Position numbers and translations under genes: made by a program. DNA of 64,000 nt from Andalucia godoyi And28 (lineage: Eukaryota > Protista > Jakobida), in NCBI GenBank assembly GCA_009859145.1, contig VRVR01000031.1, positions 124,001 through 188,000 on the forward strand, in the 5' to 3' direction. The notes beneath the pieces were generated by a model. That model was given only the letters and a program-made list of their open reading frames with translations. It searched no databases and was not told the DNA's origin. Every line of letters starts with the position of its first letter. Position 1 is the first letter of the stretch. Shown one piece after another: positions 19,117-27,158 of this stretch.

Positions 19117-19576
19117 GAGAGAGGCCGCGACGGAGGAATCATGGATTACAAGGAATCGGTTGTCAATATTCGAGAGTGTCTCATTGGGCCTCGACCTGCA
19201 CATCTTCAGCCATACCACCTGATGATATCACAGCCGACCACCAGACGTCTGGGTTGGAGGGTTATATGGTACCAGTGCCTAGGACGACGCATTCCGTTGG
19301 CAATTTTTTCGTGTTCTAACCCCGTTTTTCCCTTCTTCCGTGATTTCAAGTTTACCTTGTTGTTATTCCGTTTTGAAGGTCGGTCGCTCTTGGAGGCACG
19401 CGCAGCGGTGATGGATCAATATCTCTTTGAAGAATACGGTGCGCATGCATTTGTGGGCTGGGGCCCGCCGCCGAGACGATTGATTTTCGTAGGATCGATT
19501 GCCATGCGACATTTGCACCGTGCACCAATTAAAGCCAGTTAGGTATTGATACGATATATCACAGGCGAATTAACCG

Positions 19577-19995
19577 CTCGCCAAAAACATGAATCATTAT
19601 TGATCATCGGCCAGGCTGTCATCGAAGACAGATCGAAGCCACATGTTTTTATTTGGGGCGAGCACCAACTCTTCAATGCAGGTTGCTCTGCATCAAAGGG
19701 TCATCGCTTCCTCCTGCTCTCCACCTCCGACGAGAGAAGATCAACAGGTTTCTTGGTTCTCGACATCATCGGGCGTGGCCATTTTGAATTTGTTGAGAAG
19801 ATCCCTCTTTGGAGCCATGAGATATTTTGTCTTTGAGGAGGAGGTGCTGCCTGAAGGTTCGATTATTAAAACAAACACACAGAAAATAACAGAAAGAATA
19901 AAAATAATGAAGAATGAAGAAATTCTAGAGTTGATGACGGTACGAACATCGTATTGTTTGATGCTCAACGTTGATACACAAAGCTGTCAACCGTT
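19577..19995 (-). pseudogene. Diverged third copy (C) of the 44.5/50.5 kb repeat; looks like a decayed gene
   Basis: Shares CTCGCCAAAAACATGAATCA, CACATGTTTTTATT, TTGGGGCGAGCACC, AAAGGGTCATCGC, CCTCCGACGAGAG, TGGAGCCATGAGAT and GTTGATAC.AAAGCTGTCAACCG with 44516-45161 but lacks about 215 bp of it; the minus strand gives MAPKRDLLNKFKMATPDDVENQETC* interrupted by stops. Confidence 0.7.
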
Positions 19996-20410
19996 GTGAA
20001 AAAGACAAACAGCGCCAGAAAAAACGCGTGTTTCTTTGGTTTCTTCAAACAACAAGAAAACCGGGTCGAAGATTATACTCCGTCTTCCTGCACACATGTG
20101 ATGTCGCATAAATCACTGCGGCGCAGAGATCATTTGCCAGAACTCATTTCAACGAGAGCGGAGCACCCAGCTCTGCGACCGCTTGAAAAGCCTCAGACGC
20201 ATCTCTCTTGTTGGAGGAAGTGCTTTGAGGAAAGCTGCAAGAAGATAAGATTTGAAGCGATGTAATAGCGAAAGCCATGCAAAGAAATTTTATGGACCCG
20301 GAAGACAGTTCGCAAGAATTCGAGATCATCTCACAAACGTTTCTCATATAGGAAGGTTGGGGTGCTAGAGGCTGAAAATGCATCTCTCAATCTGTGATCG
20401 TGGTACGCAA

Positions 20411-23400
20411 TCAATTGTGTTCACTGCTGAGTGCACGGCCAAGTCCGACGTGCCTCGGAGGCAGAAACTTGAAAGGACCCGCAAAGTTAAACTGCAGTTC
20501 CGTCGGAGGAGCGGTAGCAGCCCTGCTTGAACGATACGACGACGCCGCAGGACTCAGACGATATCCCTTTTTAGGAAGAACATCGAATTTCGACTTCGTC
20601 GGGAAATGCTGCACGCTCTCAGTCCCTGATCCTTGCTGCAAGATTGCATTGAAGGCTGCGACGTGAACAGGGTGCCCGTTCTTAAAGAAACCGATCGATC
20701 CCTCTTTCTGATCGAAACTGACCCCAATGACATCTCCCTGCCCAAACGTTGTTGATGCATCTCTTGAGCGGCCAAAAATGTGCATGATGCCATCGGATTG
20801 GAAGGAAATGCCATGCTGAATTGAAACAGACTCGACTGTCGCGGGACGAGAAGGGTCTTCACGGTATCTTCCACCGTCTCGTCCAATGACAAGGTCTCGC
20901 GAGGTCGTAGGATTCGCGTACTCCACGAGTTCACGAGGAATGTCAAATCCGATGACTGTTGAAGTCCCAAAACTTCCCTGGGAAACGATCTTCACTTCCC
21001 AGTACAGCCTTTCCCAACCGGATTTCATATCCTCGACAACATAGTCGGATACAGCTGTGATGTAGCGATCAGAAAGTGTGAAGAGGACAAGAGATCCAAA
21101 ACGATCTAAAATATCATACCGAGCAGAATAAGACCCCTCCATTGATGATGAAGACTGGAAAGAAGAGGCGCTTCGAGGACGATCCAACCGAAAATCATCC
21201 ACATCAGAATGCTCATCATCTTCTATTGGCTCCAGTTTGTGCAATACCACCTTTTTCCTCTTCAAATTTGAGAAATCCGAAATGGGGTCTTCTATGATTC
21301 GAACGTTGGACTTTAGAAACCTTCGACACTCCAATTCTGCTCTGATGAGATCTTTGAAAACAACGGTGTCACGTATGATTGCAGGAAGACTATCATTTGC
21401 TCCGCTGTGGAACACATCCTCATTTGTGTCATTTGATTCGATGATCATATTAAGTTGGTCAGTAGATAGATCGCGATATCGAGACTCGTGAAACCACCGT
21501 CTCATCTTGTACTCGGCTGCAATCACCGAGAAATTGAATGTTGAATCCTTCTTGTTAAACAGATCCACGATCATCGAGTCATTTACTCGGAGCAGAATGC
21601 CTTGCAGGGTTTCCGTACTGAAGATTCCAGAGGCCAGTTCGGGACTGGATCGATACTTTGCAAACCCCTTCCCAAGAATTTCGATGCACGCTCGAAGAAG
21701 ATTCTCGCAACGCAATCCTTCAGCAAGAATTGCAAGCCTCGGAACTTCGGGCTCATTGAAAATGTTTGAAGACAAGTCTCGAAGACGATTCTTTTCTCGC
21801 TCGAGCGAACGCAGTTCATCCACAAACGACGCCGAAACGTATCTGTCGACCAAACTCTTTGAACTTTCGCAAAAGCGATCAACTTGATCCTTTGCTATCA
21901 TAAATTTCTGTTCCAACTCTATACATTCCTTGTGAATTTGTTCTTCATACCATTTTCTGATTACGGCAACATCGTGCTCGCACATTGCGGTCAAATCCTT
22001 CCTGACATCTGCGATTTGGGAGTCCCGTTCTTCGCGCAACCAATATAATCTCTCCTTTTTCCACGTCTCCACTTCCTTTCTCAACTCGACAACCTTCTGC
22101 TGAAATTCATCCGTCTTCCTCTTCCAAGCAGACTCCGCAGATTCCAGTCTCTCGTACAACGTCGGATCGTTGGAGAAGGCGCAAAATCTTCGAAAGCAAT
22201 CCTCTTTCAAAAATCCGAACGTGTTCTGTTTCGAAAACTCGGCAGACTTCTCAGAGAGCGTCATGGATCGGAACCCATCATTATTGACCGAGAACTGCCC
22301 GTGCTCAATCAGAAACTGAATCACCTTGCTTTCCGCCAAAATTGGCGCGAGCTTAACGAACAGTGTTGACCGTCCACCGCTGCGACTGTTCAGATTGATT
22401 TCGACGACGTCATCCCGCAACTTGGCTTGCTCTGGAGATCTTGTCATATATTCCTTCTCCATATCTGAGAAGTCAACGGAGGCGAATGCTTGTGAATTCG
22501 TCAACGAACTTGGAGTCCTCGGAAGCTGTCGACTCTTCGTGCCTGCCTTCGTTTGATCTGTGCTGGACATCCCGATATCCACGGATGCAAGCGCTCCAGA
22601 ATCTCCCAGCTGGCTTGATTCCAGCCGAATATCCGAATTGATTTGCAGGGCCCCAACCTTTTGAACCCGCGTCTTTGGAAGACGGCGCTGGTTGGCAGGG
22701 TTTCGATCCGACGCCGGCAATGCGCCAAACAGCTCCGACTTCTTTTTGGCGTTCTGAGTAGTTTGACCAGCGTTGCTGCTGTGATTAGCGTCTTCGTCGT
22801 CATTGTCATCTTCCAGCGCAGTATCTTTGGATTTCCAGTAATCTACGTAGCATTGCAGCAGCTTCACGCGATCCATGTCGCTGCGCAAGGCAAGCACTCT
22901 CTCCTTGATGTCTGCAGCACAGAATTTATGTACGAACAGATCTGGATGTTTCTTTGCCCTCTTGTCATATTCGAAACAGAATCCAGAAGTATTGAGATGC
23001 GACAGGTCCGGAAGAGGAGCTGCCAAATCGAAAAATGTAACGAGCAACTCATCTTCGGCGAGATTCCACACCTTTTCAAGAGGTTTTGGCTGACCTAACT
23101 TGACATGCAAGTGCTCCGGGACCTGAAAGAAACACAGGAATTCATGTGTCATCTCTATTTGCGAAGAGCGACAGGAAAAGGGAAACTTTTGCACATCACT
23201 CAGTCTGCCTTCAGAAATGTTGGCAATGTATGACCAGTCGACTAGGTTGGGATCATCCGTTAAGAAGGAATACGGACTTACTGCTGCTGCCGCCAACGAC
23301 GTCGAAGGCCTCCCAGAAGCCGCCCCGCGAGCTCCCGCTTGCACGGAATCCGACCGCTTCCGGCGACCGCCTTCAGCAAGGCCGTCGACGGCCTGAGACA

Positions 23401-23479
23401 GCCTCTTACGGGCCAGAGAAGTGCCAGAAGGCGGCATCAGTGCATTAGGCTCCTGCGGATTCCTTGAATTAACAACCAT
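20411..23479 (-). CDS. Coiled-coil protein with C-terminal SPRY/B30.2 domain
   Basis: 1022 aa ORF; LYWEVKIV..VIGF..GISFQSDG..FGQGDVIGVSFDQKEGSIGFFKNG is a SPRY signature. Confidence 0.85.
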   Translation of the reverse strand: MVVNSRNPQEPNALMPPSGTSLARKRLSQAVDGLAEGGRRKRSDSVQAGARGAASGRPSTSLAAAAVSPYSFLTDDPNLVDWSYIANISEGRLSDVQKFPFSCRSSQIEMTHEFLCFFQVPEHLHVKLGQPKPLEKVWNLAEDELLVTFFDLAAPLPDLSHLNTSGFCFEYDKRAKKHPDLFVHKFCAADIKERVLALRSDMDRVKLLQCYVDYWKSKDTALEDDNDDEDANHSSNAGQTTQNAKKKSELFGALPASDRNPANQRRLPKTRVQKVGALQINSDIRLESSQLGDSGALASVDIGMSSTDQTKAGTKSRQLPRTPSSLTNSQAFASVDFSDMEKEYMTRSPEQAKLRDDVVEINLNSRSGGRSTLFVKLAPILAESKVIQFLIEHGQFSVNNDGFRSMTLSEKSAEFSKQNTFGFLKEDCFRRFCAFSNDPTLYERLESAESAWKRKTDEFQQKVVELRKEVETWKKERLYWLREERDSQIADVRKDLTAMCEHDVAVIRKWYEEQIHKECIELEQKFMIAKDQVDRFCESSKSLVDRYVSASFVDELRSLEREKNRLRDLSSNIFNEPEVPRLAILAEGLRCENLLRACIEILGKGFAKYRSSPELASGIFSTETLQGILLRVNDSMIVDLFNKKDSTFNFSVIAAEYKMRRWFHESRYRDLSTDQLNMIIESNDTNEDVFHSGANDSLPAIIRDTVVFKDLIRAELECRRFLKSNVRIIEDPISDFSNLKRKKVVLHKLEPIEDDEHSDVDDFRLDRPRSASSFQSSSSMEGSYSARYDILDRFGSLVLFTLSDRYITAVSDYVVEDMKSGWERLYWEVKIVSQGSFGTSTVIGFDIPRELVEYANPTTSRDLVIGRDGGRYREDPSRPATVESVSIQHGISFQSDGIMHIFGRSRDASTTFGQGDVIGVSFDQKEGSIGFFKNGHPVHVAAFNAILQQGSGTESVQHFPTKSKFDVLPKKGYRLSPAASSYRSSRAATAPPTELQFNFAGPFKFLPPRHVGLGRALSSEHN

Positions 23480-23911
23480 ATTTGATTAAACGCAGAATCG
23501 GTTGACAATTGTTTATCCGTTTTCGCTCCTCGTTTTCTTTGTCGTTTTGTCGTTTTGTCGTTTTGTCGTTTGGAAATGAGGGATGCCGAGGAAAAGTCTG
23601 GAAAAGAAAAAAAGGAGTCCGCCCACGTCTGGGCAGGTGATGACGATGACATCAGATGACACGAATGTAGGCGAGCAGGAATGTTGCGAGAAAAAACCGT
23701 CGGGGACGCTTCCCCAGAAACGTTACTCGAAATGTTTCATTCACTTTCAAGGCAACTCTTATTTTAAAAAATTAACGCTGTTATGTTTCGAACTGAGATA
23801 TTTATAATATAAAAAGGAACCAAATGAGATGCAAAATTCGGAATCCCGTTTTAAAATTTGCGCGGTTAAAGCCAAAACACTTTGATATCTCTCTTCCATG
23901 ACGCTCAGAAG

Positions 23912-24319
23912 ATGATGGGGCTTCCTCTGGAAAAATCGAGTAAATCGTGGACGCCTCTATTCTATCGAATCCATCCGAAAGTACCTCGCAAGCTGCTCCG
24001 TCACCACTGCCACGGAAAAAAGAATGCAAAGAGAAGACGATCTGTTGCGCGAGAGTTCTCCAGCGATTATCAACGGCCTGATCTCAAACGACATGTCCAA
24101 GACCCTTCAAACGACAATATCGCGTCCGGGAGCAACTTCAACCGCCCCGGTCTTAAAGACGATGCCGTAGCGGAAACGTCGAAGAAGCTGTGGTTGTCCA
24201 CAAAGACCGTGTCGCTCGGATTCGGATTTGGATTCGGATTCGATCTCCGCGGCCGGATTTTTCCAGACGTTTGCTGTTCGACTCGTGGTTCTTTGAAGCA
24301 TTATACAATCATTTTTTGA
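23912..24319 (+). CDS. Possible small basic protein
   Basis: 135 aa ORF head-to-head with the SPRY gene, with basic segment WTPLFYRIHPKVPRKLLRHHCHGKKNAKRRR; no family recognised. Confidence 0.4.
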   Translation: MMGLPLEKSSKSWTPLFYRIHPKVPRKLLRHHCHGKKNAKRRRSVAREFSSDYQRPDLKRHVQDPSNDNIASGSNFNRPGLKDDAVAETSKKLWLSTKTVSLGFGFGFGFDLRGRIFPDVCCSTRGSLKHYTIIF

Positions 24320-24592
24320 GCGCCTTTCCTTTAAGCGAAGTGCGCGATGGCTGCCTCGGCGCTTCTCCTGTAGGGAGTTGTAAGCATAAATCTCTTGAAA
24401 GTGAGGTGCGTGTTGCCAGTACTGATCAGCATTGATTAGTATTGGAATGAGTCATCGGGGGACTGCGCAGTCTACACAATTCTGAAACTTTTTCACAAAT
24501 GGAAGTGACTCTGCATCCAGTGAAAGGCGCATCCAAGGTACCCAGACAGGATCGCTTGCTCGTGTTCTTTCGCATTGTGATTCTGCGATCCT

Positions 24593-24790
24593 TTGCAGTG
24601 CGCCTACATTATAAACTGACATGCATATCTACGAGTAGACATGCAAATTCAGTCTTGCATCCCGTTGCCGGGAATGGGATAGGCCCCAACACGCCTCACG
24701 GCGTTCTTCAGATAAATGTTCCGCGCTCCGCTCCCAGTCTCGATCAATCTGTGAGCCACTTTCTCAGCGTGACACATTGCTCCTGAGAAG
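24593..24790 (-). mobile_element. Decayed Fanzor2 3' end (Fz-24k): RuvC-III and right end
   Basis: The minus strand reads SGSQIDRDW, then one extra base, then SGARNIYLKNA (24760-24700), matching the TnpB/Fanzor 'CG..IDRD.NGARNI' motif. 24664-24727 aligns to 26298-26362. The tail carries hairpin GCATGTCTA-CTCG-TAGATATGC and ends TGCAA at 24593. Confidence 0.75.
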
Positions 24791-25307
24791 GGTGCATTTT
24801 TGATGCTGACGGTCCTAGCAGCAGGCGCTTTCGTGTCCTCAGTTGCAGCGATTGATGCAACTGGAGATACGAGAGGAAGAGGCGGTAGGAAGACGGTGGG
24901 GTTTTGCGACTGCGACTGCGCCTGGTGCGTCGTAGCAGAAAACCACGAGTTCTGCAAGAGACGGTCCCTGAGGCTTCTGCTTGGGGTTGGCTGCCCTGCG
25001 TGCTGGGGATTGGAGATCGTGTCTTGGAAGTTCGCCTCTTGGCAGTGCGCTGAACGAATGATAGATGGCTACGGATGTTGCCTTAAATAGTGTCGAAAAT
25101 GCGGGGCCTGTGTCACAGTCTGAATTGAACTAAGCATGCCACGAGAGTCCGAACTCCCGGAACAGGAGACAAGCTGCGCCCGCCGTAGATGGACAAGCAA
25201 ACCAATCACTGAGAGAAACTGCACAGTTGGCAACTGACGGGTAAATACGCACACGTTTTTTTTTTTCATTCTCTGCAGTGTTGCTGCATCATCCTTCTTG
25301 GGAAGCC

Positions 25308-25850
25308 ATGCGTGTTACCGTGTTTGGAGCATCTGCAGCGAAAGACGGAGATTCCGAGTACGCGGTTGCCGCTGAAGTTGGTCGTCAACTCGCAGAGGCC
25401 GGGCACACGGTTCTTAACGGAGGATATGGAGGCACAATGGAAGCTTCAGCGCGTGGTGCGGTGGAAGCCGGCGGTAAGTCCATCGGAGTTATCTGCTCTC
25501 CGTGCTTCCCAAACCGACCAAAGGGGAACGTGTACCTCTCGTCCTACATCGACACAGGCTCCATTCCGCAGCGTCTTGATGAACTTACAAAGGACATCGA
25601 TGCATATGTAGTTCTTCCGGGAAAGTTAGGAACGCTCAACGAACTGGTGCTTGTGTGGAACAACAACAGCATCGCCAAACTCTCAAACAGAACTCCGGTC
25701 CCCATTTTTGTTTTTCGAAATCCGTGGGAACCGATCGTTGATGCTGTTAAGCATTCGCTCCATCTTTCAGACGCCGACGGCAATTTGGTTTCCTTTGTGG
25801 ATTCAGTGGATGACTTTGTTACCAAGCTTGCACAAATCTCAAATGCCTAA
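25308..25850 (+). CDS. LOG-family (Lonely Guy / lysine-decarboxylase-like) nucleotide phosphoribohydrolase, short bacterial type
   Basis: VTVFGAS, VLNGGYGGTMEASARGAVEAGGKSIGV, and YVVLPGKLGTLNELVLVW (PGGxGTxxE motif variant). Confidence 0.9.
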   Translation: MRVTVFGASAAKDGDSEYAVAAEVGRQLAEAGHTVLNGGYGGTMEASARGAVEAGGKSIGVICSPCFPNRPKGNVYLSSYIDTGSIPQRLDELTKDIDAYVVLPGKLGTLNELVLVWNNNSIAKLSNRTPVPIFVFRNPWEPIVDAVKHSLHLSDADGNLVSFVDSVDDFVTKLAQISNA

Positions 25851-26227
25851 ATTCGTGTTACTCCCCAAGTCTGTGTGTCTAGAGTCATTCCTCCTCTATT
25901 CCATGATGCACGATGTGCAATGCCTTTTTTTTTTCAAGGCCGTTTCCATAAAATAGAATTCACCGATTCCGACAATTCCACAGGCGTCCCTCCCAGACTG
26001 TTGGTTTCCATTTTCTTTTTTTTCTTTCATTTATTTATTTTCCTTCTTCAATTCTTCTGCTTGTTTCCTTCATGCTTTCGCGTTCGTTAGCTGTCGATAT
26101 TGGGGGATCGCGTGCGGAAAAAAGATGGAACTTGGAAGTCCGGTGGACTCATAGAGACTCAATCCAGCCGGGGCCCCGAAATTTTCCATTTTTGCTCCTC
26201 TTCTTGTTTGGGCCTTCTTCGCCGATG

Positions 26228-26330
26228 TTGCACACGGATCATCCATAGCCATCGCTGACGATGCACCCAGCGAAGTAGCAAACCGGACTGCGATGCAGTG
26301 CCGGTAAGGGGCGATAGGACCCAACACGCA
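26228..26330 (-). ncRNA. Candidate omegaRNA scaffold of Fz-26k
   Basis: Lies directly 3' of the RuvC-III motif; hairpins ACCGG(C)ACTGC-ATC-GCAGTCCGGT and CATCG-TCAG-CGATG; conserved with 7575-7651. Confidence 0.55.
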
Positions 26331-26802
26331 CTTCCGGCGTTCTTAAGATAAATGCGGCGCGCACCCGTGGACGTGTATATGTTCCAACCGAAGGAACGGG
26401 TGCATCATATCACTCCGCAGGCTGCATGTCTTGGAAGTGTATTCTTCCGTGACAGTCGGGACCTGACCTGGAAGTCCCTGAACTCGTGTGATTTGTGCAA
26501 CAATCGCTGTTGAAACTCACAGTGGCCCACCACGACAGCATCTGACCGTGTAACTGACGAGCTCGGTGTCGGCGTAGGCACCTGGCTGCCCCCCGGAGAT
26601 CGGCAATCTGGCGTTGGAGGTCCGCTTCTTTGGTGGGCCGATGAGACTCTTGTGTTAAGCAGGACTCGTTTCGCTTTCTCGATCTCGACGGGCTGCCCCC
26701 GACGGGTCTTTGCTGGATTTCCTCGATGCTCCGGTTCGGACGCTTTCTGATCCGTCCCGAAGCGGCCCGGCGGCCCAGCGGCTGGCCGTCGCAACGTTGC
26801 AG
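26228..26802 (-). mobile_element. Decayed Fanzor2 element, C-terminal half plus right end (Fz-26k)
   Basis: Colinear minus-strand fragments separated by frameshifts: LQRCD..RRAASGRIRKRPNRSIEEIQQR / KRVLL / SSVTR-QMLSW / GHCEFQQRLLHKSHEFRDFQV / TVTEEYTSKTCSL (VTEEYTSKTC at 26453-26424) / HVHG-ARRIYLKNA (to 26336), followed by the non-coding tail ending TGCAA. Confidence 0.85.
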
Positions 26803-27158
26803 GGGGAGGGCGTTACGCACTTCGGGATTCCGTGTGGCAAGACAAAGGCGAAAAAAAAGAAAACAATAGAATAATGCGTAAATACAAAATAAACACTGCT
26901 GTTTTTTTGTTGGCTTAGCAAAGATGGCTATTCGAAAAGATCAATTCCTCTTGCCACTTGTTGGTGGGTTGATGCACGACGATGCTCAATTTCGTCTGTG
27001 CGGGTTTTTGCGACAAATCTCTGCTGCAAATGAAACGTGCGCATGCCTCGACACCCGGCAAAAGTGCACTTTCACTTACTTATTCATATTGTTATTGTTA
27101 TTTATCCAAGTGGCTGTATCTGATTACAAGAAGGGAAGGAACTTGGCTTTCGGAGAAA

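Noticed and set aside
26638-26674. CCGATGAG...GTTTCG hammerhead-like wording
   Set aside because: The two core halves lie on opposite strands, so no hammerhead can fold.
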